A stretch of DNA of 41,345 bases from Lenisia limosa (taxonomy: Eukaryota; Protista; Breviatea). Positions 1 to 11,447 of the stretch are shown piece by piece. The first letter of the stretch is position 1. Every line of letters begins with the position of its first letter. The DNA lies in assembly GCA_001655205.1 (NCBI GenBank), contig LPNZ01007498.1, forward strand, positions 1 to 41,345. Direction: 5' to 3'. A program made the position numbers and the translations under genes. The notes under the pieces were generated by a model that did not search any database, was not told the origin of the DNA, and saw only the letters and a program-made list of their open reading frames with translations.

Positions 1-305
1 CACCTTCCTCCTGGCCCACCTTCCTCCTGGCCCCACCCAAGCCCCAAACATAATTATTTGGCATATCAGTTGAAGTTATTTGAAGCCTGCCATGGTACTA
101 CTAACTACAGTAGAAGAAAGTTATAAAAGGCTTGCTTTAGTAGTATCTACTATATTTATTGAGTCTCTGGCCGAAGTATATATTCCAATCATTTTTGCCT
201 TTCAACTCTGTGCACACTGCTTTCTGTGTGCCTCCTGTATATATCATATAATACTACTACTATATATGATATAGTGTAGGAAATAATATATCTATTCCTC
301 CCAGA

Positions 306-420
306 TTATAAGACCGATTTTCGAGTCCAAATGAAGAATTACAAGAGCATGGTTGCAACAGGAGTATATCAGTACAATTGTAACTTATCAATCAATGATC
401 ACATTTTCACAAACGGATAG
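306..420 (+). CDS. Possible terminal exon of a gene starting before the window
   Basis: Pyrimidine tract plus ccag acceptor, then YKTDFRVQMKNYKSMVATGVYQYNCNLSINDHIFTNG*. There is no homology support. Confidence 0.3.
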
Positions 421-461
421 TTCACCCGTTTGAAACAAATGCGTCTGAGTTAGCCTGTCGC

Positions 462-2935
462 TCAGGTGAAACTCTCGATGATTTGATGGAGGCACTCCCT
501 TCCCATTGCAAAGTCCATTTCATCAGTTCCGTTGCAGGTGTAAGGTCGATGGAATGCCCTGTTTTGTTAGCGTACTAGTAACAAAATAACAAAGCACAAG
601 CACACTTTCTTCTCCACATAGCATCAAATTGCTCTGCAAGCGTTGTCCACATTTCCTTCATTTTTGGCCCATTAAGTCCAAGAGCAACGATATCTCCAAG
701 TGGGGGGTCTATCAGAACGTCAGATCCTTACATTCATTCAAAGCAAACCGAAATGACAAGCCATCCACTTATACCTATTGTTGGGATGACCGATACAAAT
801 CTTGACTCTAAGATGTGACATCATACTCAACAAAACAAAACAAAACACAGTGTTTATGGTTATTGGTGATTATTCGGTATTCACAGACCTTGACCACGGT
901 CAAAAGACCCACTGGAGGAAAATGCTCCAATTATTTGAGTCTGAGAAATAATAATAAAAAAAAACATAGGATGACATAAAGGACAGCACAGCTACCACCA
1001 ACTAACGACACTCATTCATCATGGGGTATACATGTCTAGGCTTAGAATGTCTACTTCCTATGGCAACCACAAACAATTGACGACCTAACCCAACTATCCT
1101 TGCCTTGCTCTGCACCACCAACTGAATTTTCGATGGCAATATCAGGGAGGCAGAAGAGTTCAGAACTTGAGACTGTTGACGATGACTAATCAATTAACCA
1201 TAAACATATCAACAGTCAAGAATTCAGTCTCACGAATCACATACGAGAGTGAATATAATATGATAGTATATCATATTATTTCTTTTTTGTACACTCGAGA
1301 TGAACCCTTGTGTTATCTTCGTTCATCATTTCGACTCTAAAGTCGGTCATACTAGTATGGGTCAACATATACTCAAACTTTTTTGGGACCAGAGGGAGGG
1401 AGTCATCATTACTCACCTCTTGTGCTTTTCTTTCCAGAAAGGGGCAGAAAAACATGCATTCAGCTTCACCTGGCAGATCCTTGGTGAAGTTGCAAGTTGG
1501 AACAAAAGGACGACGACACCTGAACGTTACCTCACTTATCGAAGAGGATTACTCGGGTTTTAGCCAACCTTGACATAAACGGTACCAAATGGTTGGCAAT
1601 TGCAGAGTTGACGTCTTTGAAACTCGGTGCCACAATGCCTTTAGCAAAGAGGTTACTGTATATTTTCTCCTAAAATATGATAATAGATCGAGTAAAAATC
1701 TACACCAAAACTTCAGAATTATGAATGAAGATCACCAACGCAAACCTGCTGGTAACAAAGCACTTGGGCTGCAGCAATGTCGAAATAGGGAAGCGACAGG
1801 ACGACATTGTAAGGTTCCACAACACATGATGTAGACTATGGGGATGGTCAGAAATGCAGCAAAAGTGTGGTATTAATAGTTGCTCAAGCCTTGCAATTTA
1901 ACAAAGGAAAAACGAGATTATTTGAACGAATCCCCTGCCATAGTGACACTGGTCATACATACCCCAACATACTCCACAGTGGGGATACGCAGCAGATGAC
2001 AGAACGTTGGCTTTGGGGTATATTTCTTCGAAGTGCTCAAGAATCTTTGACACTAACCCAGAACCTGAGAAAGGTCATGAAAACATCTATTCAATTCTGC
2101 TAATGATATCATGACTTTAACAAGATTAATACAGGTATCTAATAATTGCACTCACAAAATACCTGTGCCTCCACCCAAAGAGTGAAAAAGGTGAAAACCT
2201 TCAAAAGTATCGACTGTGGAATATTAGAGAAGGAAAGTGTACATTTTCAACGCAACTCCTACTTTTCTCAAGATGGGACCGGATGCCTTGGAGTATCTTT
2301 GGGATAAGCTAAAATATGAATCATTCAACCCTTCAACAAAATCTGTTAGCATATACAAGAAGGGTGGATGTAAACAGCATGCCGGACAAACCGTCTCATC
2401 ATCAGGGTAGTAGCCCTTGGTGAAGCAATTTCCAGCTGAAAATCCGTTTGTAGAATAAAAGTACTGACCTGAATGATTCATAAAACATATGATATACACT
2501 GACCTGAATGAATGAACCATATGATATATATATAAATATATATACAAACACTTTGTTGCATCCCATTCCCACCATCAATGGTATGTGGGAGCCTTCCCAA
2601 GTTGCCAGAGTTTTTATCTGTGTCAATAACTAGACCATTCAAATGCCAATTCCTACAACAGAATAAATAGAGCGGTATTTCCACATCGCCAACTAATCAG
2701 TTACCCACCCCGATTCCGTCTGATGATAGTACGCACTGTTATCTTGAAATGTAAGACAAGCGGAGGAACCACAATTCTGAGGTCAAGAATGCAAGATCCC
2801 GCCACCCTTTTGGCCGAGTCTCGAGAACACTTCATGACCAAAGCTGATGCCAGCCCCACCAACCTAGAGGAAATATGACAGTTTTGGGTTGTAATAGTTA
2901 GGAGTTAGAAACCAACGGACTTGTAAGGACAGCAT
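462..2935 (-). CDS. Highly divergent tubulin-superfamily protein (about 17 or more exons)
   Basis: Manually spliced exons give MLSLQ|VGGAGISFGHEVFSRLGQK|DNSAYYHQTESG|NWHLNGLVIDTD...|SQYFYSTNGFSAGNCFTKGYYPDDET|LIPKILQGIRSHLEK|IDTFEGFHLFHSLGGGT|GSGLVSKILEHFEEIYPK...|STSCVVEPYNVVLSL...|EKIYSNLFAKGIVAPSFKDVNSAIANHL...RFVSVIPTIGSDVLIDPPLG...EQFDAMWRRK|AFHRPYTCNGTDEMDF. The GGGTGSG signature, VVEPYN, AGN-x-x-KG and the C-terminal F-x-AM-x-RRKAF are colinear with tubulins. Exons between about 840 and 1520 are ambiguous, and the stop at 462-464 is tentative. Confidence 0.9.
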
Positions 2936-2958
2936 TACTTTCCCCTTCAATAGAGTAC

Positions 2959-2978
2959 AGAGAGAGAGAGAGAGAGAG
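2959..2978. repeat. (GA)n microsatellite just upstream of the tubulin start
   Basis: agagagagagagagagagag. Confidence 0.9.
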
Positions 2979-3229
2979 CAGGAATCTCCGGGAGATGAAG
3001 TTAAATTGTTTTGTTGAGCGAAGGACTTGTATATTTTATAACCAAGTGTGATGAAGTGTTAGATGCGTGGAGAGGAGGTCTGGAGGAGGTAAGCAAAGCT
3101 GCTGGGCTGCTGGGAGAGATGCAAACTGTGTCACCGGAGGTGTATACTTGCAATATACTTGGTATCAAGTGCGTAGGTGGTGTAAGGTGCAGCAGGGGTG
3201 CAGTAAGGTGGGGCAAATGGGGGGGGGGG

Positions 3230-3308
3230 NNNNNNNNNNNNNNNNNNNNNNNNNNNNNNNNNNNNNNNNNNNNNNNNNNNNNNNNNNNNNNNNNNNNNNN
3301 NNNNNNNN
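3230..3308. other. Assembly gap (N run); others at 7781-7838, 10317-10432, 18545-18624, 28658-28748 and 28895-28988
   Basis: N characters. Several gaps abut G/C homopolymers or (TA)n tracts. Confidence 1.
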
Positions 3309-3527
3309 TAATTAATTACTCCTATTATGCGTGGGTGGTGCATCCTGATGTCCAATCATGACTATGGTCTATTCTTAACTAACAAATGATGACGAGCCAC
3401 AATACGTATCTGGATCGAATAGAGGAATGGAATAAAAGAGTGAAATAACTAACAATATTTTCCCATCAAACGAAAACAAATATCAAGACAATCCTCCTCA
3501 AAGACAATACATTCGATATACAGAAAA

Positions 3528-6500
3528 TCACAAATCCTTTGCCTTTTGCTGTTTGCACAACTTCTTATGCTCTTTCCAAGCCTCCTTTTGACATATGGCT
3601 GAGCAGTAGAGGGCAGACCTGTACCTCATTATTGGAATGACATAACAGAGTCCATCTTCCTCACAAAAAACCGACGCAGCCACAACCACTTCCCCCAGAC
3701 TTGCATATTGAACACAATTTGAGTCGGACAGACGGTTCGTCAGCTGTTTTACCACAGTGCATGCAACTACAATGTCACCTAACATACATGTACAATTCCC
3801 AGAATAGATACTACAAAATATGTATCTGATTTTATAAAAAATAAAACTGACTTTTGAAATGAAACATAAAACAAATCACCATTTTAAAAGGACTATACAA
3901 TGATATGGACCACAATAATATCAACCTTTTGAGAGAGGGGCAGGCAGGGGTTGTCAGTTTCTTGACACCTTTGAGAGCGTTTTGTCTGTTTGCGAGAGCA
4001 GGTTGCTTGTGAGTCTTCTTATCAGGGTCGCTAGAACGAGTTAGAAAACCACAAGGTAATAGTTATCATCTTCTTGTATTGAGGCAGAGTCAGTCTACAT
4101 CATATCTTCATAATTGGCATTGCAGGGGGTGAAAGTGCCTACGGTGAGAAAATGACCGTGTCCGTTTCAAAGATGGTCTTAGGCAAAAGGGAGACTTTCG
4201 TGAGGCGTTCCATCGTCTATAATGTCAGAATAAGTGGGTAAAATCCTATCAAAACAAATAAACAATGATTTTCCATGTTAGCCCAAATTAATACAGCCCA
4301 CATACTTCCTTCTTTGCCTCCTCTGTAGCATCGCTTTGTACTCTAAATAGTTATCATGAAAATACCTTTCTTGTCACAAAATATGATTGAGGAGTGACTG
4401 GGATAAGTCATGACCAATTTACTAAGGAAAACAGGTTAAGACTTATCACGGTCATTGTACATTATATCAATAAAATAGCTGGATACTTTCTATTTTCATC
4501 GTCTACGCTTGATAAGGGGCGTTGCTCTATCACTTCTCTGTTCAGTACTGTCATCAAGTTCCATTGAGAATTTTCTGTCACAAATCTACATCATGAGAAA
4601 AGAGGTAAGGTTGAGTCTCTGTTCATTATTGAGGATTAACTTAGCCTACTCTGGACACCTGTTGACCTCTTCAAGGTTCGAAAAAGACTCAAACCAAGCA
4701 GTTTCTTAAGGACTTGCATGAGTTCCCGGATTGTGATCGCCTGGGTTGTCAATACCATAAATCAACTGAGTGCAGCGCAGGCCTACAAAATGTGCGTTAG
4801 ATTGAAGACAGGACAGTCGTAGGAATCTGGGGGAGTTGCGTAGTTCGGTACAAACCTGCATGACAAACACAGGCACTGTCTATGGGATCAGAGAAGGTCA
4901 CCAAGTGCAACTGAGGAAAACAGCTCCTACTTCTTGTTTTACGCATTGAGGAACAAGCGTTGCACCCTGCGAGAGGGAAGAAAGCTACATTATTAATTTT
5001 TGGAAGATGTAGGAAATATCAGTCCGAATCCTTCCACGCCAAGTCTGATAGCTGAAGGGAGGAGATACAGACAACTATTTTAAAATTACCAAGATGTTGT
5101 GCCAGTATTACAAGGGTAATGGAAGGAGGAGTTTGCCATCAAACAAACCCAAAAGAAGTTGTCGGAGTTGCCCTTCAGGAACAGCGCTTGCATTAAATTC
5201 AGTTTTGCCTAAAAGTGAATTGAAAGAATAAATCGAGCGCAGAGAAAGGACGTTTGTCATAATAACGTAAAGAGATACTATGTTGTTTTGTAATATCATA
5301 ATACTATTATAATATAATATATTGGATATGTGAAAATGAACAATTAGAAATGTTGGTACCAAGCAACTTGGTGCCAACCCACAATACATACTTCTCCGTC
5401 AGATGGCTGAATAAACGGTAGAAGGGGTTCAACGGAACAATTGTTCGCAATCAACTGCGGTACAAACTGCAGCAAGCCAATTTTCAGAACAATTGGGACT
5501 CAGACTTTTTGATAGCTGATAATAAGTCATTGTAGTGGAAGTCTCACCTTTTTGGACCTCAGGGTCATGCAGACAGTCGGCAAGGGCTGAAACCGTGCGT
5601 TGAGTGTAGTTGGAATATGCTGCGTCAGAAGGCTGAGGGTAAAGAAGGGAGTTTGGAATGGAGTTAGATATCAAAACACGCTACCCACTAAAGCACTTCG
5701 TTGGAGAATACTGAATATGGGAACTTCTGCATTTCTGATGCCAGCTAAAACAATGAGAGGGAAACGTTATTCTCGAAAACTCTAAATGTAAGTTCACTTG
5801 AGCTGGATAATAGAAAATACGATCTGGACACATACCCCAGCATTTCACAGCTTTATGCAAGAACTCAGGTTCAGTAGTCATCATCTCGATGGCTGGAAGC
5901 GATTTAAGCTCATACTGACGACTACAGAAAAGATCAGAATATAACCAGAACATTTAGTAATATAATCTATCGATCGATCGATCTATCATATTAAGATAAA
6001 CACTGGTGTTAAAAATATCACATTTTAAGTAGTGGATGGAAAGGCCTGTAAGTTTAGTGTATGTATTGTATTATACACTGCCTTGAGCTCACGTGTGGCT
6101 CCGCTGAAAGAATTCAATTTGTCCCAATGAGCGAGGTTGTAGGGGGCCGGTATTAAGAAAAGAATCTGGTACACCCATCTTACAATGCTTTGGGGATGAA
6201 AGAAATGTAGGGCCTGCTCCAAGAGGAAGCGGCTTATCCTGTCTGTGCAAAGGATCGGAATGAGGATGAGAGTACTGGAAGTTCTAAACAATAAGTTAAC
6301 GTAAGTTCAGACGCAAGAATAACACTTTCCCTCCACTATCAAACATTTAAAAATGGGGGCGCTACACAAACAATAGGATCCCCGCATTCGCATGCGCTGC
6401 TCTCATCACGGAGGATTTTTAATATTTCAAGAACATATTCTACTTGGTTTTTGTTGATTTCTATTTCCTCTTCCTCATCCTCATCATTATTTTCTTCTTC

Positions 6501-7129
6501 TATCCGGTTTTCAGGCTTACCTTTTTCTTGCACCTTCACTTCAACCTCAGTTTTTTCTTCTATCCCCAGCATATCGCTTCCTTGCTTCTTCACTTCAACA
6601 ACATCCTTTTCATTTTCCCCTTGCTTCTTCACTTCAACAACATCTTTTTCATTTTTTCCTTGCTTCTTCTCAAAGGCCATGTCTGATTTCGTATCTATCT
6701 TAAATGCGATCATGGGTTCAGGGACTTCATCATCATCTTCTTCATCATCTTCCTCCTCCTCACCACATGGGGTGACTCATTTTCACTCATGGCAATACTG
6801 CTCGCAACAGAAGACATATCTCCTTCCCCTTCTTCTTCTTCTTCCTCTTCTTCGTAATCATCATCGTATTCTTCATCAGAACAATCGTGGCAACCGCAGG
6901 TGCAGAACTCTTCATCGTCGCTTCCAGGAATTTCTTCAAAAATATTGGGAGCAGTTTCCAGAGGATTGCCAAAGACAGCAAGTTTCATTCTGGGTGGAGG
7001 TGATAATAGCTAATATAGTAGTATATTATATCATCATATGATACTAATATTGATTATATGATATATATTACGTGTATAATACACATATGATATACTATAT
7101 CGATATATATGGATAATATATCAATAAAA

Positions 7130-7169
<40 letters not shown>

Positions 7170-7347
7170 CAAAACCAAATATTATTATTTCTTAGTGTAT
7201 ATTATGGTAAATGAATGAGAGTTACCCACAAACCTCATTTTTTTGGTTTCTTCATCTCCTTCAATGTGGACCGAGGGTTTTCCGATATCTGAGAAAAAGC
7301 CTGTCGACGTAGGAGTCCTGACTCTCCCCGGGCAACATTTCGGTCAT
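3528..7347 (-). CDS. MYND zinc-finger protein with acidic, repeat-containing N-terminal region
   Basis: The C-terminal exons read HCSCMHCGKTADEPSVRLKLCSICKS|ALYCSAICQKEAWKEHKKLCKQQKAKDL*, a C-x2-C...C-x2-C...YC-x3-CQ-x3-W-x2-H-x3-C MYND pattern. A chain of minus-strand exons runs upstream through ORFs 5429-5674, 5681-5953, 6025-6291, 6339-6713 and 6710-6988. MTEMLPGE|NIGKPSVHIEGDEETKKMR|MKLAVF splices in frame from the ATG at 7347. Confidence 0.75.
6568..6670 (-). repeat. 39-bp coding tandem repeat (about 2.5 copies; EKKQG[K/E]NEKDVVEVKKQG)
   Basis: ccttgcttcttcacttcaacaacatc(c/t)ttttcatttt recurs at a 39-nt spacing, giving a 13-aa unit in ORF 6339-6713. Confidence 0.9.
7135..7168. repeat. 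(CA)n microsatellite in an expanded intron of the MYND gene
   Basis: acacacacac... run of about 34 nt. Confidence 0.95.
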
Positions 7348-7852
7348 CGGTTCATCCTGAGCAGATTAGCCCAACTTGATGGAATTCACATAAAGCAAAT
7401 CCATTAGAACTATTTTTGACAGCATTGTTTTCCAATCACTTTTGAGGACTAATTAACGAAATCTTGAAGTTCAAACTTATTTTTTAAAGTGCGAACTACA
7501 TAGTGCTCCTTTTAACAGTGCAACCTTAATTAGTACGAACATATTTAATCATAAAAATGATCAACAACACAGCCAACCATTGTGGTGTTTCTCTCGCTCT
7601 CGCCGTTCTTCTACCTTGACGAATAAACAGACAATACTATTATTGAATTATTTGGAAACAATTGGACCTGACGACCTGACTGGTTGGACCCGCTGGAAAA
7701 GCAGACCGCGATCCCGAGATCTGTCACCCCCCCCCCCTGGACTAAAATTTCCAGTTTTGAGCCCCAATTTGCTTTTCTTTNNNNNNNNNNNNNNNNNNNN
7801 NNNNNNNNNNNNNNNNNNNNNNNNNNNNNNNNNNNNNNCATAACTCATAAAA

Positions 7853-9411
7853 TGTCGGTTCCAGGGTCGGCAATACGCGGCAAAGGGAGTGATCGAAACG
7901 CTCAAGACTTTGCTGGAGGCGCCTTTCGCTACCTAAACCTCATGATAGAATAGTAAGGAAGAAATTAGGCAAATTGGTACATTTTGAGATTTTACTGACG
8001 TTTTCTCCCTATTGCGGGATTTGACAACCTCTAAACTTAAAGTGATGTGTTAAGGCTTTGAGGGTGTATCATTTTGTTCTTTATGTTTCTTTCACTTTAG
8101 TCAGACATAGTATGCACTTCCTAACACAGCAGCAAACGCCTGGCTGAGCAGCTTCCAAGCGGAGTCTACGTTCTACCTGAAACTAATAACTTCCGTCACT
8201 GGTATGGCGCCGTCTTTCCTCATCGTGGCTGTTACGCCGAAGGTTGGAGGATCCAGCGGATGGTACCTCTTCTCCTTTTTTTATTGACAGATGATAACTT
8301 AGGATCATGGTCTTATTTTTCTTTATCATTCGCCATTTGTAGCCTCCCTTCTTCAAGTTGTCCTCTTTTATTATTATTTTCATTAGGAGCTCTTGTTAAT
8401 TCTTCTTTCAGGAGTATTCAAGTTCATCGTGAAGATTCCTCGTGATTACCCCTCAAATACAGCTCCAGAAGTGTTTTTTACAACACCCGTGTTCCATCCT
8501 CTCATTAACTCGCAAACGTATGCTCTGTATCACTTGAATAATATTGTGGTGTTTTAACCGAGAATTTTCCCTTTACAATTTTAGTGGACAGGCGCTTTTA
8601 CCAAACCTTTCTTGGAACCACACAAAGCGACTTAATTTCGTCTTTCCTGCTGTATGCCTTTTTTATAGTTTTATTTCGGATTATGAACAGATAAGAAGGC
8701 TTATATTTAGATTAAGAACATGTTCTATTGCGTGGCCTCCGATTTGAGTGAAGTTCAAAACCCTGAGGCATACCAACTGTAAGGATATTCTTTCTATAAA
8801 TGTCTTGAAGCCAGATAAGTGCTGTACAACTGTTTGATAGGAACACTACTGCAGCTTCGCTCACCTTCCAGAATGGTCTCGAACGTGGACGCGTTCAAAC
8901 TCAAGGCTGCTGAATCTGTAGTGTTTGCGGTTCAGATCCATGTGAATGTTCTCGACCATCTCCCTACCCATTAATTGACATCAACAGGGAATCGAAGAAG
9001 CACTTATTTGATTCAAAAACCCCGGGTCCAATGCAGTTCCGAAATCCAACTGAAGAGCATGATGTCCTACTGACACTTCTCAAATCAAAAGCCAGGGTAC
9101 AATACTCTTTGCCTCACGTTTCTTTTCAACCAACCTTCTGTATTCTAGTCATTCTTTTGTATTTCTCCTCATGATCTTATCAGGAACAAAATAAGCGAAA
9201 TGATGATGTGAAGAAGGATATGGAAACCCTTCTTGATACTGAGCCTCAAGTTGATTTATTATCAACTCCAGTCGACCAAGTACAGTCGTTAGGGGTGGTC
9301 ATTTACTGTACTGTTTTGTTGTGTTTTTTATCATTGCAGGAAGCCTCCCTGGAACAAAGAAATAATGGACTCGCTGGTGTATCTCAACTCCCCAGCACGA
9401 CCAACTTCTGA
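7853..9411 (+). CDS. AKTIP: AKTIP/FTS/Crossbronx-like catalytically inactive E2 variant (UEV)
   Basis: Spliced: ...FRYLNLMIEY|SKRLAEQLPSGVYVLPETNNFRHWYGAVFPHRGCYAEG|VFKFIVKIPRDYPSNTAPEVFFTTPVFHPLINSQT. This matches the AKTIP pattern (LPGVYV-P...W-G-IF-R-G-Y--G-FKF---IP--YP...PVFHPL). It has HPL instead of HPN and no evident E2 catalytic Cys. First intron 7953-8129 has a CTAAC branch site. Confidence 0.8.
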
Positions 9412-9689
9412 GTTCGCTGATGTCGTCTCTAACCGTTGGGGGGAGGGGTATTTGGTAATATATTGCGCTCTCCATATGACAATATTAGAGCTGAACAAAG
9501 TATAATTTGCGTCCGCTTGTTTCTTTGCCTGGACTAATTAAAAACATGTGTGGTGTTGTTTCTTTTATTTAATTTCAGTTTTACAATTGTGCAGTATTGG
9601 TGCGTCAGGTGTCATATTTAAACTAAATTTGCATTGGATTGAAGCACTGAAACCCACAACAACAAGATTCTATCTTCACGCTCAAGCAA

Positions 9690-11315
9690 AACGAAAAGAA
9701 TCATCTACTTCTTATTTAAAGAGTGTTATTCAGGAAGAAGGCGGCTGTGAAACACTTGGAATCTAGTTTTGTCAATGGTCTGCCTTGAAATAGTAAGACC
9801 AACCTGAGTTGTGGGGTAACCATCCATCTCGGCACGGTGCTGAGGGTCCTGTAACACTGCTGAAGGGAGAAGAACATTGATAACGTAAAACATCCAAAGA
9901 TGAAGAACAACCTGACAATATGAGGGAAACTCAAAATATATAAACTTACCCCCCTCCTACAATATAAGCCAAAATTACAATCCTTGCTTTTGGGAAAGAG
10001 TAGAGGGTCTTTCCAAAAGAAATGGCGATTTTATCGACTATTCTTCCGAAATGCTGAAGTTGCACCAAAAATGTGTTCTCACTATCAATGGCTGGAAGAG
10101 ATTATGTGTTAGGTTTTAGGACATAATTTCAGATAGTGAAAGAATACCGAGATATATTTCATATCAGTTATGTAGTATGCCAATAAAAAACCAATATTAT
10201 ATATCATGTCATTATATGATATCACACCGTCCATATATCTGTAAATTTCCTCTATCTGTGAAAACAAGCCAAATGAACATTTTCCTTGATAGAATTAGTT
10301 GAGTATTACAGTATTTNNNNNNNNNNNNNNNNNNNNNNNNNNNNNNNNNNNNNNNNNNNNNNNNNNNNNNNNNNNNNNNNNNNNNNNNNNNNNNNNNNNN
10401 NNNNNNNNNNNNNNNNNNNNNNNNNNNNNNNNGACTACAATTCTCTTATATATATCATATGCCATATTATTTAGCAAAATTTTTCGTATATTTCAAAAAA
10501 ATTCACAGATAGAGGAAAATTCACAGATATATGGATGGTGTTATTATCATTCATGTACATATGATATGATATAGCTTCTCATATAGTATGTACAATATAT
10601 GATATACTATAATATATATACTATTTGTGTTGTGTGTGAAACTCACTAAAAATGGGAATTTTCCGCTTCTGCCCAATGTTGAAATTATCACCATGATCCA
10701 TCCTTGCTCTCCTGGAAGAATAAGGTAACTGGACAAACTGAAGAACAATGACAAACCTTAGGTTTCCTATTTCAGAAGACAAATGTTTGTTCTCAATATC
10801 CTTTGCTTCAAGAAGATTTGTTAAATTCTAGGATGTTATGTGATCAAACAATATACATACCGCAATCTTGGTATTGAGGTCAGTGCCGTCCACTGTATAC
10901 GCCGTTCGTGAGGCCAACTGAATTCAATAAAAGTGGTTCCAAGTTGTAACCATAAGCAATAGGTATCATTTTGTATTAAAGCGAGATGTGCACCGTTTGG
11001 TGATAATGCTACTAACCGCTCTACCCCCCTCCCCCCTTAAAAAACTGTTCAATTGAATAAAACTTGCATTCTCTGTTTCTGGATTTTGAAATTTTCTTCC
11101 TTTGATGAGGAAAATTCCTGATTTCTCGGTGTTCAATGTATCTAATCCATTTCTCTTTTGTCTTTTCAAATGATTGAATCTTTCAATTACAATCAATTGA
11201 GAGAGCAAAGGATAGACATGGAAATTGTTTGAGATCCTTCTTTTCTCTCTCATTTTATTTGTTTCGAGAAAAAAAAAAGCTGAACCCAAAAGGTTCGATG
11301 CACATCTTCTTTAAT
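9690..11315 (-). CDS. Hypothetical multi-exon protein (orphan; ends uncertain)
   Basis: Splice-bounded minus-strand segments include VERLVALSPNGAHLALIQND, LQLGTTFIEFSWPHERRIQWTALTSIPRLR, PAIDSENTFLVQLQHFGRIVDKIAISFGKTLYSFPKARI and YVINVLLPSAVLQDPQHRAEMDGYPTTQ. No family recognised. Confidence 0.5.
10224..10541. mobile_element. Putative MITE/foldback element with ~40-bp terminal inverted repeats, inside an intron and spanning an N gap
   Basis: Left arm 10224-10262 (acaccgtccatatatctgtaaatttcctctatctgtgaa) is the near-perfect reverse complement of right arm 10502-10541 (ttcacagatagaggaaaattcacagatatatggatggtgt). No clean target-site duplication was seen. Confidence 0.5.
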
Positions 11316-11363
11316 ATTATGTAGTATCACATTATATTATCATATGATATTGTGTGTTGGCAA

Positions 11364-11427
11364 TGGGAAATAAAAATCAAGATGTATCTGGCCGAAGCCG
11401 TCTACACCATCACGCTTATAAGAGATA
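11364..11427 (+). repeat. Interspersed ~65-nt repeat, copy A (most complete)
   Basis: tgggaaataaaaatcaagatgtatctggccgaagccgtctacaccatcacgcttataagagata. Related copies are at 15870-15945(-), 17245-17305(+), 20774-20832(-), 27541-27588(+), 36768-36809(+), 36828-36862(+) and 36978-37035. Confidence 0.85.
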
Positions 11428-11447
11428 ATGGATTGTAGTATAATATT

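Noticed and set aside
1-34. 17-bp tandem duplication caccttcctcctggccc
   Set aside because: It has two copies at the window edge with no context, probably Pro-rich coding or simple slippage.
161-178. Additional repeat copy (gagtctctggccgaagta)
   Set aside because: Only about 14 nt match, too short to count with confidence.
709-731. Apparent 23-nt micro-intron in the tubulin gene
   Set aside because: It gave stops upstream. A 48-nt intron (774-727) restores the frame and the tubulin alignment (FVSVIPTIG|SDVLIDPPLG).
6451-7041. Longest supplied ORF (196 aa, Ser-rich, plus strand)
   Set aside because: It is antisense to the Glu/Asp/Lys-rich MYND exons; low-complexity shadow ORF.
11364-11427. 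Interspersed element as a box C/D snoRNA or Helitron end
   Set aside because: GUGAUGG is only a partial C box and there is no CUGA D box. No CTRR terminus follows the hairpin. It is left unclassified.
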